In this document: piece by piece, positions 52,519 to 63,290 of the stretch
Position numbering within the stretch: position 1 is the first letter of the stretch
Layout of the letters: each line of letters opens with the position of its first letter
Source of the DNA: Steroidobacteraceae bacterium
GTDB lineage: Bacteria; Pseudomonadota; Gammaproteobacteria; Steroidobacterales; Steroidobacteraceae
Reading direction: 5' to 3'
Length of the DNA: 64,000 nucleotides
Assembly (NCBI GenBank): GCA_036266795.1
Contig: DATAXJ010000025.1
Coordinates: 101,632-165,631, forward strand
Made by a program: the position numbers and the translations under genes
Notes under the pieces: model-generated
What the model was told of the DNA's origin: nothing
What the model saw: only the letters and a program-made list of their open reading frames with translations
The model's database searches: none

Positions 52519-55500
52519 GCAGCGCCCTCCGGTTCGGCGTCACCGAGCGGCCGTCCGGCGTGTCGGGGATTGTGCGCCAGGGATGGATGCGGCGCGTCGG
52601 ATGTGCCGGCCGCACCGAGCGCGGCGGCCACGGCCTGTTCGGGTGTGCGCACGCGTACGCCGCGTGCATGGCGCCGGTTCGCCAGACGGTCCAGATACAG
52701 ATACACCACCGGCGTGGTGAACAGCGTCATGGCCTGACTGAAGATGAGACCTCCGACCATCGTGACGCCGAGCGGCTGACGCAGCTCCGAGCCGGTGCCG
52801 TGGCCGAGCGCCAGCGGCAGCGCACCCAGTAGCGCTGCCATCGTGGTCATCATGATCGGACGGAAGCGCAGCAGGCAGGCGCGCCGGATGGCCGCTTCGG
52901 GCGCCATGCCATCGACGCGTTCGGCGTTGATGGCAAAGTCCACCATCATGATGCCGTTCTTCTTCACCAGACCGATCAGCAGCAGGATACCGACGATGGC
53001 CAGCACAGACAGGTCGTAGTGGAACAACATCAGCACCAGCAGCGCGCCGACGCCCGCCGAGGGCAGTGTGGAGAGAATGGTCAGCGGGTGGATGTAGCTC
53101 TCATAGAGCATGCCGAGAATGATGTACACCACGACCAGCGCGGCGAGGATCAGGTACGGCTCACTCTTCAGCGAGCTCTGGAAGGCCTGCGCCGTACCCT
53201 GGAAACTGCCCTGGATCGTGCCTGGCATGCCGATGCTGGCCGCCTCGCGATTGATGGCATCCACGGCATCGCCCAGCGCTGCGCCCGGGGCGAGGTTGAA
53301 CGACAGAGTCACGGCCGGAAACTGCCCCTGGTGGTTGATGGACAGGAACGTGACGTGCTGCGTGTCGTAATGCACGAACGTGGACAGCGGTACCATGGCC
53401 CCGGTATTGGCCTTGATGTAGATCTTCTGCATGGTGGCCGGGTCGGCCTGCAGCGCCGGGGTGATCTCCAACACCACGAAATAGCTGTTGAGCTGTGTGA
53501 AGTACTGCGTGATGTCCGCCTGACCGAACGCGTCCGCAAGCGTCGCGTCGATCTGCGCGGGCTGAATGCCGAAGCGCGCGGCCGCATCGCGATCGATGGT
53601 CATCGACAGCATGGTGCTGTCGTTCTGTTGATCGCTCGCCACGTCACGCAGCTGCGGCAGCGTCTGCAACTTCGCGAGCAGCTTGGGCGCCCAGTTATTC
53701 AGCTCGGTCAGATCGATATCCTGCAGCGTGTACTGATACTCCGTGCGCGACGAGCGTCCGCCGACATTGATGTCCTGACGGGACTGCAGGAACATCGTTG
53801 CGCCCGGCACGTTGACGAGCTGCTTGCGCATGCGTGCGATGATCTGCGTGGCGTTCGCGCCATCCTTGCGCTCGGCACGCGGCAGCAGTGCGGAGAACAC
53901 CATGTCGTTGTTGAGCGGCCGGCCGCCGCCGACGAAGGCCACGTAACCCTGCATGTCCGGCTCATGCTGGAACACATCGGTGAGCTGGTGCATCCGCTGC
54001 ACCATCGCCGGAAAGGAAATGTCCTGGGGCGCATCGCTCTGGCCCGAGATCTGGCTGGTATCTTCCTCCGGAAAGAACCCCTTGGGAATCAACACGTACA
54101 ACACGACCGTGAGGGCCATGGTCGCGAAGAACACGTACAGCGTGGGTCGCTGATGGCGCAGCACGAAGTCCAGCCCGCGCTCATAGGCGTTGTGCATGCC
54201 CGTCAGGAAGCGCTCCACGGCGCGATAGAAGCGCCCGTGCTGCACGTTGTGACTGCTGCGCAGGAACTGCGCCGCCATCGTCGGTGACAGCGTCAGTGCC
54301 ACGAAGGCGGACACCGCGATGGTCATCGTCACGGTGATGGCAAATTCCCGGAACAGGCGCCCGACGATGCCGCCCATCAGCAGCAGCGGGATGAACACCG
54401 CGACCAGCGAAATACTCATGGACAAAATCGTGAATCCGATTTCCCGCGCGCCCTTCAGCGTCGCCTGCATCGGCGAGAGCCCGTCCTCGATGTGCCGGTA
54501 GATGTTCTCCAGCATCACGATGGCATCGTCCACGACGAAGCCCACCGCAATGGTCAGGGCCATGAGCGATAGGTTGTCCAGGCTGAAGTGCAGCGCATAC
54601 ATCATCGCGCAGGTGCCCAGCAGCGCCAGCGGCACGGTGACGCCCGGAATGATCGTCGCCCAGGCATTGCGCAGGAACAGGAAGATGACCATGATGACCA
54701 GGCACACCGTCAACGCCAGGGTGAACTCGACGTCATGGAGCGCCGCCTGGATGGTGATGGTCCGATCGCCGATCTCATCGACCTGGATCGACTTGGGTAC
54801 CGACAGCATCGCTTTTGGCAGCAGCTGCTTGACGCTCCTGACGGTATCGATGACGTTCACGCCCGGCTGCTTGAAGATGATCAGCAGCACACCGGGCTTG
54901 CTCTGCGCCCAGCCGCGAACCCATTGCCAGCCGATCACCTGGGTATTCTGCGCGCCGTCCACCGCGACTCCGATGTCTTTGATGCGCACCGGCGCCCCGT
55001 TGCGGTAGGCAACGATGATGTTGTTCCAGGGCGCGGCACTGAGCAGCTGGTCGTTGTCGTAGATCGTATAGTTGTGCGTCGTGCCGTTGATCGAGCCCTT
55101 GGGCGCATCGACCGAGGCAGCGCTGATGACGTTCGCGACATCGGTGAGCTGGATGCCGAGCGCGGCGATCTTGGCCGGATCGATCTGCACGCGCACGGCC
55201 GGCTTCTGCTGGCCGGCGACATTGACCTGCGCCACTCCCGGAATTTGCGAAACCTGCTGCGCCAGAACGTTCTCGGCGTAGTTGTCGACCGTGGTGAGCG
55301 GCAGCACGTCTGAGTGCACGGCCAGAATGATGATGGGTGAGTCGGCCGGGTTGACCTTGCGATAAGTCGGCGGCGACGGCAGGTTCTTGGGCAGCTGCCC
55401 GGCGGCTGCCGAGATGGCCTGCTGCACGTCCTGCGCTGCCCCGTCGATGTTGCGATCCAGCTCGAACTGCAGCGAGATGGAGGTGCTGCCAAGCACACTG

Positions 55501-55748
55501 GTGGAGGTCATCTGCGACAGCCCGGGGATCTGCGAGAACTGGTACTCGAGCGGCTGGGCGACCGCAGAGGCCATGGTTTCCGGGCTCGCGCCCGGCAAGT
55601 TGGCGTTGACCTGCAGCGTCGGGAAGTCAACCTGCGGCAGCGGCGCCACCGGCAGCAGCGGGAAGGCGACCAGGCCAACCAGCAGGATGCCGCCCATCAG
55701 CAGCGAGGTGGCGATGGGCCGACGGACGAACGGCTCGGAGATGCTCAC
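52515..55748 (-). CDS. RND multidrug efflux permease (MdtB/MdtC-like)
   Basis: 1077 aa; SEPFVRRPIATSLLM...LPVAPLPQVDFPTLQV.A.LPGASPETMAS.VAQPLE. Confidence 0.9.
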   Translation of the reverse strand: MSISEPFVRRPIATSLLMGGILLVGLVAFPLLPVAPLPQVDFPTLQVNANLPGASPETMASAVAQPLEYQFSQIPGLSQMTSTSVLGSTSISLQFELDRNIDGAAQDVQQAISAAAGQLPKNLPSPPTYRKVNPADSPIIILAVHSDVLPLTTVDNYAENVLAQQVSQIPGVAQVNVAGQQKPAVRVQIDPAKIAALGIQLTDVANVISAASVDAPKGSINGTTHNYTIYDNDQLLSAAPWNNIIVAYRNGAPVRIKDIGVAVDGAQNTQVIGWQWVRGWAQSKPGVLLIIFKQPGVNVIDTVRSVKQLLPKAMLSVPKSIQVDEIGDRTITIQAALHDVEFTLALTVCLVIMVIFLFLRNAWATIIPGVTVPLALLGTCAMMYALHFSLDNLSLMALTIAVGFVVDDAIVMLENIYRHIEDGLSPMQATLKGAREIGFTILSMSISLVAVFIPLLLMGGIVGRLFREFAITVTMTIAVSAFVALTLSPTMAAQFLRSSHNVQHGRFYRAVERFLTGMHNAYERGLDFVLRHQRPTLYVFFATMALTVVLYVLIPKGFFPEEDTSQISGQSDAPQDISFPAMVQRMHQLTDVFQHEPDMQGYVAFVGGGRPLNNDMVFSALLPRAERKDGANATQIIARMRKQLVNVPGATMFLQSRQDINVGGRSSRTEYQYTLQDIDLTELNNWAPKLLAKLQTLPQLRDVASDQQNDSTMLSMTIDRDAAARFGIQPAQIDATLADAFGQADITQYFTQLNSYFVVLEITPALQADPATMQKIYIKANTGAMVPLSTFVHYDTQHVTFLSINHQGQFPAVTLSFNLAPGAALGDAVDAINREAASIGMPGTIQGSFQGTAQAFQSSLKSEPYLILAALVVVYIILGMLYESYIHPLTILSTLPSAGVGALLVLMLFHYDLSVLAIVGILLLIGLVKKNGIMMVDFAINAERVDGMAPEAAIRRACLLRFRPIMMTTMAALLGALPLALGHGTGSELRQPLGVTMVGGLIFSQAMTLFTTPVVYLYLDRLANRRHARGVRVRTPEQAVAAALGAAGTSDAPHPSLAHNPRHAGRPLGDAEPEGAA

Positions 55749-56899
55749 GAGATGCTCACCCGCGCGCCAGGCTCGAGGCGGAACTGATTGCTCGTCACCA
55801 CGCGCTCGCCAGCGCTCAAACCGCCGCGCACAACTGTCACGTCCCCGCTTTGCTCTCCGAGCTTCAGCGGCCGCACCTCGACCGTGGAGTTTGCATTGAC
55901 GACGTAAGTGAACGGCCCGTCGGGCCCGTTCTGCACGGCCGCGCTGGGCAACGTCACGACACCGCGCTCGCGGGCGGCGAGTACTCTTGCATTGACGAAC
56001 TGGCCAGGCCAGAGGCGGTTGCGCGTATTCGGGAAGGTGGCCTTCATGCGCATGGTGCCCGTGGTGGCATCGATCTGGTTGTCGAGCACGGTGAGCGTGC
56101 CCGTATCCAGCACTGTGGAACCGTCCTGCGACAACGCCGTGACACTCACCGGTCCGGCGGCAAGCGCGTCCTGAATCTGCGTCAGTACACCTTCGGGCAG
56201 CGTGAACACCACCGAAATGGGCTGCACCTGCGTGACCACGACGATGCCCGTGGTGTCCGTGGCGTGGACATTATTGCCCGGGTCCACCAGACGGATTCCC
56301 GTGCGTCCATCGAACGGCGCGGTGATGGTCGTGTAGGCGAGCTGAGTGCGCGCGTTGTCAATGGCGGCCCGATCGATCTGCACCTGCGCAGCGAGCTGCG
56401 CGACCAGGGCGCGCTGATCATCCACCTGCTGCTTGCTCGAGAGATGCTGCGGCTCGAGCTCCTCATAGCGCGCCAGGTCACCCTGGGCGCTCTGCATCTG
56501 CGCAGCGTCCTTCTGCTCGGTAGCCATGACTTGATCGAGGGCGGCGCGATAGGGCCGCGGATCGATCTGCGCGAGCAATTGACCCTTCTTGACGAGCTGG
56601 CCCTCGGTGAAATGCACGCTGTCGAGCTGTCCGTCCACACGCGCCGTCATTGTGGCCGTATAGAAGGCCTGCACGGTGCCGATGCCCTGCAGGTACAGCG
56701 GCACATCCGAGCGCTGCGCCAGCGCAGTCTGCACGGGCACAGGACCGTCGGGGCGCGGCGCCTCGCGCGCGCCCGCCGGCTGATGCAGGTAGCCGATGAC
56801 AGCGGCGACACACGCGAGCGTGGCGACGACGCCGAGCCACAAGCGCGGCCGCGAGCGTCGCGGGGTTTGTGCTGTCTGAGTGTCGATCTCGCCGCTCAT
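55745..56899 (-). CDS. RND efflux periplasmic adaptor (MFP)
   Basis: 384 aa; membrane anchor, coiled-coil/lipoyl/beta-barrel pattern; 4-bp overlaps with both neighbours. Confidence 0.9.
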   Translation of the reverse strand: MSGEIDTQTAQTPRRSRPRLWLGVVATLACVAAVIGYLHQPAGAREAPRPDGPVPVQTALAQRSDVPLYLQGIGTVQAFYTATMTARVDGQLDSVHFTEGQLVKKGQLLAQIDPRPYRAALDQVMATEQKDAAQMQSAQGDLARYEELEPQHLSSKQQVDDQRALVAQLAAQVQIDRAAIDNARTQLAYTTITAPFDGRTGIRLVDPGNNVHATDTTGIVVVTQVQPISVVFTLPEGVLTQIQDALAAGPVSVTALSQDGSTVLDTGTLTVLDNQIDATTGTMRMKATFPNTRNRLWPGQFVNARVLAARERGVVTLPSAAVQNGPDGPFTYVVNANSTVEVRPLKLGEQSGDVTVVRGGLSAGERVVTSNQFRLEPGARVSIS

Positions 56900-58383
56900 A
56901 GAGATGTCTGCCCCTGCTGCCAGCCGCCGCCCAGAGCCTGGTAGAGAGCGACCAGGGCCTGCAGGTGCTGGAATTTGACCTGCACCAGCTCGTCCTGCGC
57001 CGTAAACAAGGTCGTCTCCGTATTCAAAACAGTCAAGATATTGGTCACGCCGGCGCGCATCTGTTGCTGCGCGAAATCAAAGGCCCGCTGCGCCTTGTCC
57101 GCCGCATCCTGCTGGCGCAGTTGCTGATCCGTCGTCTGCTGCACGGCAACCAATGCGTTCTCCACATCGCCGAGCGCCGACAGCACACTCTTGTGATAGT
57201 CGGCCAGCAGCTCGGCATAGCGCGCTTGGGAATAGTGGTACTGCCCGCGCAGTGCCCCGCCCTGAAAGATGGACTGCGCAATGGAGCCTGTGAGGGTGTA
57301 GATGGTGCTGGAGGGCGTGATAAGCCGGTCCAGGTAGGAGCTGGCATAGCCTCCACTGCCGGTCAGGGTGATGCTCGGAAAGAAGGCGGCACGCGCCACG
57401 ACGATGTTGGCATTGGCGGCATGCAGCTGCGCCTCGGCCTCGGCGATGTCGGGTCGTCGGCCCAGCAGCTGCGAGGGCAGCCCCTCAAGGACCGGCGGTG
57501 CAGTAATGCTCGCCAGCCCTGCATCCTGAAACTGCAGCGTCTCGGGAGCACGGCCCAGGAGGATGGCCAGCGCATCCATGCTCTGCTGCAACTGCTGGCG
57601 CAGCGGCGGGATGGTCGCATTTTCCACCGCGACTACCGCGGCCTGCTGCGCCACGTCCAGGGCGTTGGCGGTGCCAACTCGCTCCTCGGTCTCGAGGCCG
57701 GTGAGGATTGCCTGCGCATTGGCCAGATCGTTAGTGGCCACGCCCAGCCGGTCGCGCATCTCCAGGGCCTGGAAGTAATCCGTCGCGACACCGCTGAGCA
57801 CGGTCAGCACCACCGTCTGGCGATCGTAGGCGCTGGCCTGGGCTGTCAGCAGCGCAGCCTCGTGCGCGGCGCGATTCTTACCCCAGAAATCCAGCTCGTA
57901 GCTGGCGCTGAGCAGCGGCTCGTAGGCTCCAAAGGTAGCGGTCTTGTTGGGCGGCGTGAACTGGCGAGTCTTCTCTGCGCCCAGCTGCGCTGAGAGTGAG
58001 GGGTAGAGGGCGGCACCGGCCACCTGGGCTTGATCCTCGGCCTCGTTGATGCGCGCCACAGCGGCGGCAATGTCGTCGCTGCCGGCCAGGGCCTGGCGAA
58101 CATAATCGTCGAGCGTGCTCGAGCCGAAGCCGCGCCACCAGTCCACCGTCGGCCAGGCGGCTTGTTGCGCTGCAGAGCTCAGCTGCCACGCCGGTGGAAG
58201 CGGCGCTGCGGGACGATGGTACGCGGGCCCTACGCTGCAGGCGCCGAGGCCCAGGCACAGCGCCAGGCCGCTCGTGCCGACGAGGGCACGCGCCGCCCAG
58301 CGACGGTGTATGCCGCAGATGGGTGCGATCAAACCGCGAGCGCCGCCGGCGCCGCGAGGAGTGTGTCTCTGCGCGAAGGTCAT
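56896..58383 (-). CDS. Efflux outer-membrane factor lipoprotein (NodT family)
   Basis: 495 aa; lipobox LGLGAC; two TolC-like repeats. Confidence 0.85.
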   Translation of the reverse strand: MTFAQRHTPRGAGGARGLIAPICGIHRRWAARALVGTSGLALCLGLGACSVGPAYHRPAAPLPPAWQLSSAAQQAAWPTVDWWRGFGSSTLDDYVRQALAGSDDIAAAVARINEAEDQAQVAGAALYPSLSAQLGAEKTRQFTPPNKTATFGAYEPLLSASYELDFWGKNRAAHEAALLTAQASAYDRQTVVLTVLSGVATDYFQALEMRDRLGVATNDLANAQAILTGLETEERVGTANALDVAQQAAVVAVENATIPPLRQQLQQSMDALAILLGRAPETLQFQDAGLASITAPPVLEGLPSQLLGRRPDIAEAEAQLHAANANIVVARAAFFPSITLTGSGGYASSYLDRLITPSSTIYTLTGSIAQSIFQGGALRGQYHYSQARYAELLADYHKSVLSALGDVENALVAVQQTTDQQLRQQDAADKAQRAFDFAQQQMRAGVTNILTVLNTETTLFTAQDELVQVKFQHLQALVALYQALGGGWQQGQTSL

Positions 58384-58531
58384 TGGGAGTCTCTGGGGTC
58401 TGCCAGCACCCTACAACAGGAGGGGTTAAGTACAGCTAAGCCGCAAATTAAACTGTATTAATCAATGATCCACCACGCATTTTATCGCCATAGCCATGCG
58501 TGCGCCCCGCTGCCCTGCCCCCGCCACCCTG

Positions 58532-58996
58532 TTACGGCGCAATGGGTAGGCCGGCGTTCTTGACGATCGAGCGCAGTACGAAGCTTGAGTCCACGCGAGC
58601 CACGCCCGGAAGCTTGGTGAGTACCTTGCTGTGCAGACGTTCGAAATCCGCCGCGTCGCGAGCGGCCACACGCAGCATGTAATCGGACTCACCAGTAGTC
58701 AGGTCGCACTCAGTGACCTCCGGCACCGCCGCCACGGCCCGCTCGAAACCGTCCAGGTCCCGGTCCGTCTGTCCGCGCAACGTGATACGCACCAGGAAGC
58801 TGACCGGCATGCCCACGCGCGCGGGGTTCAATACGGCCGCGTAGCGCTCGATGACGCCGGCCTGCTCGAGCAGGCGCACCCGACGCAGGCAGGCCGACTC
58901 CGACAGACCCACCCGCTCGGCCAGGGCAGCATTGCTCTGCCTCGCCTGCTGCTGCAGCTCGCGCAGGATGCGACGGTCGGTGCGATCAATCTGCAT
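58532..58996 (-). CDS. Lrp/AsnC family transcriptional regulator
   Basis: Start MQIDRTDRRILRELQQQARQSNAALAERVGLSESACLRRVR.LE..GVI (GGAGGG upstream); divergent from ald. Confidence 0.85.
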   Translation of the reverse strand: MQIDRTDRRILRELQQQARQSNAALAERVGLSESACLRRVRLLEQAGVIERYAAVLNPARVGMPVSFLVRITLRGQTDRDLDGFERAVAAVPEVTECDLTTGESDYMLRVAARDAADFERLHSKVLTKLPGVARVDSSFVLRSIVKNAGLPIAP

Positions 58997-59158
58997 GGGG
59001 GCCCTCCGTAAGTGGCAGATTCTACGATGCATGACCAACTTTTGCATGATTTCTGCGAAACATCGAGCAAATGGCCATTGATTTCGCAGCTCCTGCCAGC
59101 CATCGCGGCGGAAAATCAGCGCCAGGCTGATCGCTCCTATGCCTGATCCGGAGGCCCC

Positions 59159-60259
59159 ATGCGCATCGGTGTACCCAAAGAAATCAAGGTTCACGAGTAT
59201 CGCGTGGGCCTCGTCCCGGCGGCCGTGCGCGAGCTCTGCAGCGCGGGCCATACGGTCTTCGTGCAGAGTGGCGCAGGCACCGGCATCGGCTGCAGCGACG
59301 AGGATTACCGTCGGGCCGGTGCGCGCATTTCAGCCGACTCCCCCGAGCTGTTCCGCGATGCGCAGCTGATCGTCAAGGTCAAAGAACCGCAGCTGGAGGA
59401 GTGCGCGCGCCTGCGATCCGACCAGGTTCTCTTCACCTATCTTCATCTGGCGGCCGACCAGCCTCAGGCCGAGGCGCTGTGCCGTTCGGGCTGCGTGGCA
59501 ATCGGCTACGAGACCGTGACCGCCCTCGACGGATCGCTACCGCTGCTGACACCCATGAGCGAGGTGGCCGGTCGCATGGCGATCCAGGTGGGCGCCAGTT
59601 ATCTGCAGCAGCCGATGGGGGGCAGCGGCGTACTGCTCGGCGGGGTGGCCGGGGTCCCGGCCGCCAACGTCGTCGTGCTGGGGGCAGGCGTTGCCGGCAC
59701 CAACGCGATCGAAATGGCGCACGGGTTGCGCGCCGATGTGACCGCCATCGACCGCTCGCTTGCACAGTTGCGGCGCGTCGATGCGCAGTTTCAAGGCAGC
59801 GTGCGCACGCTCTATTCCACCACCGAGGCGATCGAGCAGGCGGTGGCCGATGCGGATTTGCTCATTGGCGCGGTACTGGTGCCCGGCGCCGCGGCACCCC
59901 GACTGGTCAGCGAGGCGATGATCGGGCGTATGCGGCCGGGGTCAGTGGTGGTGGATATTGCGATCGACCAGGGAGGCTGTTTCGAGACCAGCCGCCCAAC
60001 CACGCACGCCGCGCCCACCTACACGGTACGCGGCGTCACCCACTACTGCGTGACCAACATGCCGGGCGCGGTGCCGCGCACCTCGACCTTCGCGCTCAAC
60101 CACGCCACCCTGCCCTTCGTGCTGTCGCTGGCCAATCTCGGCTGGGAACGCGCCGTGCGGGAGACGCCGGGGCTGAGCGCGGGCCTGAATGTCGTGCGCG
60201 GACGGGTCGTGCATGCGGCTGTCGCCCGCTCGCTCGGTTTGCCGAGCGCGGCCGCCTGA
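59159..60259 (+). CDS. ald: Alanine dehydrogenase
   Basis: 366 aa; [23 protein letters not shown]...GH.V.VQ.GAG; [13 protein letters not shown]. Confidence 0.9.
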   Translation: MRIGVPKEIKVHEYRVGLVPAAVRELCSAGHTVFVQSGAGTGIGCSDEDYRRAGARISADSPELFRDAQLIVKVKEPQLEECARLRSDQVLFTYLHLAADQPQAEALCRSGCVAIGYETVTALDGSLPLLTPMSEVAGRMAIQVGASYLQQPMGGSGVLLGGVAGVPAANVVVLGAGVAGTNAIEMAHGLRADVTAIDRSLAQLRRVDAQFQGSVRTLYSTTEAIEQAVADADLLIGAVLVPGAAAPRLVSEAMIGRMRPGSVVVDIAIDQGGCFETSRPTTHAAPTYTVRGVTHYCVTNMPGAVPRTSTFALNHATLPFVLSLANLGWERAVRETPGLSAGLNVVRGRVVHAAVARSLGLPSAAA

Positions 60260-60272
60260 GCCTTCGGTCAGC

Positions 60273-60767
60273 TCAGGGCTTGGCCAGCGCCGTGCTGGTT
60301 GGGCGCACCACCACGGTTCCCACCGTCTCCAGCTCGATGCGGCCGTTCCGGACCAGATAGGTCTCTACACCTCGCAGCTCGTTCGGCTTGCCGGCGTTCT
60401 GCGTCCAGATCACCCAACCCACGTCAGCGGTGAAATGACTGACGACGATCCGAGGGCCAGGGCGCGCGGCGTGCGCCGCCGCGATGCGCGCTGCCGGCTG
60501 CGGCCCGCGCAGCAGCTGGGCGAAGGCTGCACGTACGCCATCCCTGCCGCGTACCACCCCGTTGGCCGTGATCAACACCGCATCATCCGCGTAGTCGCTG
60601 ACGACGGCGTTCAAGTCGCGCGCCGCACTGGCCGCAAAATGATGCCGCACGACCTGCTCGGGGGTTCGCGCTGAATTCGCCGCAGGCGTTTGTGCCAGCG
60701 TCCGCGTCAGGGCCGATGCCGTAGTCAACCCGAGCGCCATACCTATGGCTGCGAATCTGGGGCGCAT
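60273..60767 (-). CDS. Secreted SnoaL-like / NTF2-fold protein
   Basis: 164 aa; signal peptide; ...[40 protein letters not shown].... Confidence 0.5.
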   Translation of the reverse strand: MRPRFAAIGMALGLTTASALTRTLAQTPAANSARTPEQVVRHHFAASAARDLNAVVSDYADDAVLITANGVVRGRDGVRAAFAQLLRGPQPAARIAAAHAARPGPRIVVSHFTADVGWVIWTQNAGKPNELRGVETYLVRNGRIELETVGTVVVRPTSTALAKP

Positions 60768-60790
60768 GAGTTACTCCCCTTGAGGCTTGC

Positions 60791-62182
60791 TCAGCGCATG
60801 CGCAGCAGGTTGAGCTCCTCGACCTGCACGGCACCTGTCGTGCTGCGCAGCGAGCGGACCTGTTCCGGATTGACGGCTCCCGCGGAGTTGCCCCAGGCGC
60901 TACGCAGATAGGTCAGCACATCGGCGAGCTGCTCATCGTCCAACAGCCCACGGAAGGAAGCCATGCGGTAGAAGTCCGGATTTCCCGCCACGACCACCGG
61001 TGAGGAGCCGTTCAGCGTGACGTTGACGAGCGAGATCGGATCGCTGTCGAGCACGGCCGGGTTGCCGGCCAAGGGCGGAATGTAGGGCGCCTGGCCGGAG
61101 CCGTCGCGGCGGTGGCAGTCGCCACAGTACTGATAGTAGATCTGCGAGCCGCGCGCACCGAATTGCAGCTGATTGAGCGCTGCGGCACTGGCCGGGTTTG
61201 CCTGCCAGGTCTGCGGTGCATCCCGATGCGCCGGCGGCAGGGACTTCAGATAGTGCGCGATGGCGGTGTTGTCGGCATCGCTCAGATACTGCGTGCTGTA
61301 GTTGATGACATCGATCATCGAGCCGAAGGCCGTGCCGCCAGCGTTGTGGCCGGTCTTGAGGAATTGCACCAGGTCCGCCTCGCTCCAGCGACCCAGACCG
61401 TAGGCGCCGTCCCCGGTCAGATCGGCAGCTGACCAGTTATCCAGCGGAGCGCCGGCCAGGTAGTCGCCGCCACGCTCGGAGAGCGCTTTCTCCTCGAACA
61501 GCCAGCCGCGCGGCGTATGACAGGCACCGCAATGACCGGCGCCCTGCACCAGGTAGGCACCGCGGTTCCACTGCGCATCGTGATCGGTGGCGTTTTGATA
61601 GGAATGGGTATCCAGAAAGAACGCGTTCCAGAAGACCATGAGCCAGCGCATGCTGATCGGCCAGGAGACCTGCGGAGGATGATTGACCTGGTGCACCGGC
61701 TTTACGCTGAGCATGAAATAGGCATACAGCGCCGCCACGTCGCCATCGGCGAGTTTGGCGTACGAGGGATAGGGCATCGACGGGTAGAGATGATGCCCGT
61801 CACGCGCGATACCGCGCCTCAGCGCCCGATCGAAATCCTGCAGGCTGTAGCCGCCGATGCCGGTGTCGGCATCCGGCGTGATATTGGTCGTCCAGATCGT
61901 ACCCATCGGCAGGCCCATGCCACGCCCGCCGGCATAGGCCGCACCACCCGGCGCGGAGTGGCAGGCGACACAGTCGGCTGCATGGGCCAGGTATTCGCCC
62001 TGCGGCAGCAGCGCCGCATTAGCCTCACCGTGGCCAGCTACCGGCGCTGCATTCGGTGCCGGTGCCGGTGCCGGAGTGGGTGCCTGGCCGAGCACGAGAC
62101 GACCCGTCAGCAACAGCGCCGCCGAGAGCGCAGCGTAGACCGCAAGCTTTGCAACTGATCGTGGCATACCGCTCCCCCTCAC
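60791..62182 (-). CDS. Tri-haem c-type cytochrome (membrane-dehydrogenase cytochrome c subunit type)
   Basis: 463 aa; three CxxCH motifs: CVACH, CGACH, CGDCH; signal/anchor at the N-terminus. Confidence 0.8.
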   Translation of the reverse strand: MRGSGMPRSVAKLAVYAALSAALLLTGRLVLGQAPTPAPAPAPNAAPVAGHGEANAALLPQGEYLAHAADCVACHSAPGGAAYAGGRGMGLPMGTIWTTNITPDADTGIGGYSLQDFDRALRRGIARDGHHLYPSMPYPSYAKLADGDVAALYAYFMLSVKPVHQVNHPPQVSWPISMRWLMVFWNAFFLDTHSYQNATDHDAQWNRGAYLVQGAGHCGACHTPRGWLFEEKALSERGGDYLAGAPLDNWSAADLTGDGAYGLGRWSEADLVQFLKTGHNAGGTAFGSMIDVINYSTQYLSDADNTAIAHYLKSLPPAHRDAPQTWQANPASAAALNQLQFGARGSQIYYQYCGDCHRRDGSGQAPYIPPLAGNPAVLDSDPISLVNVTLNGSSPVVVAGNPDFYRMASFRGLLDDEQLADVLTYLRSAWGNSAGAVNPEQVRSLRSTTGAVQVEELNLLRMR

Positions 62183-62320
62183 GCCTCGTTACCGCAGATG
62201 GCAGCGGCACTGTCGCGCGCGGATCTTCCCACAATCAAACAGCTCTGAGAACGATTGTTGTGAGCGTGCCTCGCTCGAATCCCGGCCTACGCTGTATACG
62301 AAAAAATATAGCGAGCGGTT

Positions 62321-63277
62321 TTACTGTTGAATTTCCAGGCCGCTGGCGACGGGCAGGTGCTCGCTGGTCAAATGCATGCCGGCCTGCGCGGCCAGCGTTT
62401 CGATGAGGCTGGCGAAATCCTGGCCGAGATAGGCCTCCGCGTCCTGGCGCAGACTGGCAACCCCAACGTGGCCCTGCAGGACCTCGCGAATCGCCGCGGT
62501 CACCGGCATGGCCACACCCAGCTCGCGGGCGCTTGAGAGTCCGAGCTCCACATCCTTGCGCAGCAGCTGCATGGTGAAGGTTGGAGTGAAATCCAGATTC
62601 ACCAGTGCGGGGGATTTGTAGCGCGTAAAAATGGAGCCGAGCGCGCTGTCGTTCATGAACTGCAAAAACGCATGGCGCGGTACTCCGGCCTTCTGCGCGA
62701 GCAGCGTCACCTCGATGAGGTTCTCGATGACGGCGGCCAGGAACACGTTGTGGGCAATCTTGCAGATGCGTGCCAGATCCCCCTCTCCCACGTAGGAGAC
62801 GCCACGTACCGCGTAGCTGCGGATCAGCGGCTCGACCGCCTCGAAAGCGTCCTTCGGACCCGACACGACGCTGGAGAGTTTGCCGGCGGCCACGCAGCGC
62901 GGATTGCCGCTGACCGGCGCCGCCAGATAGCGGCTGCCTAGCGCAGCCAGGCGCGTACGCACGTCCACCGACTCCTCCACACCGATGGTCGAGCAGTCCA
63001 CGACGATGCCGGGCACCCCTGTGCCACCCGGCTCGCCAAACACCCCCTGGGCGCCAAACAGCACGTCCGCGAGGTCGTGGCCGGTTGCCACCATCGTGAA
63101 CAACACCTCCGAGGTGGCCAGCTCGGCGCTGCGCGTGGCGAGCCGCGCGCCGCGCGCCACCAGCGGCTCGGCCTTGGAGCGCGTGCGATTCCAGATGTGC
63201 AGCGTGTGACCCGCCGCGAGCAGCCGCTGCGCCATCGCGTAGCCCATTCGCCCCATACCAATCCAACCGATCTGCAT
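62321..63277 (-). CDS. NAD(P)-dependent oxidoreductase, 3-hydroxyisobutyrate dehydrogenase family
   Basis: Start MQIGWIGMGRMGYAMAQRLL (GGAGG upstream); ...APVSG....A..G.L.... Confidence 0.8.
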   Translation of the reverse strand: MQIGWIGMGRMGYAMAQRLLAAGHTLHIWNRTRSKAEPLVARGARLATRSAELATSEVLFTMVATGHDLADVLFGAQGVFGEPGGTGVPGIVVDCSTIGVEESVDVRTRLAALGSRYLAAPVSGNPRCVAAGKLSSVVSGPKDAFEAVEPLIRSYAVRGVSYVGEGDLARICKIAHNVFLAAVIENLIEVTLLAQKAGVPRHAFLQFMNDSALGSIFTRYKSPALVNLDFTPTFTMQLLRKDVELGLSSARELGVAMPVTAAIREVLQGHVGVASLRQDAEAYLGQDFASLIETLAAQAGMHLTSEHLPVASGLEIQQ

Positions 63278-63290
63278 ACGGACCTCCGGA

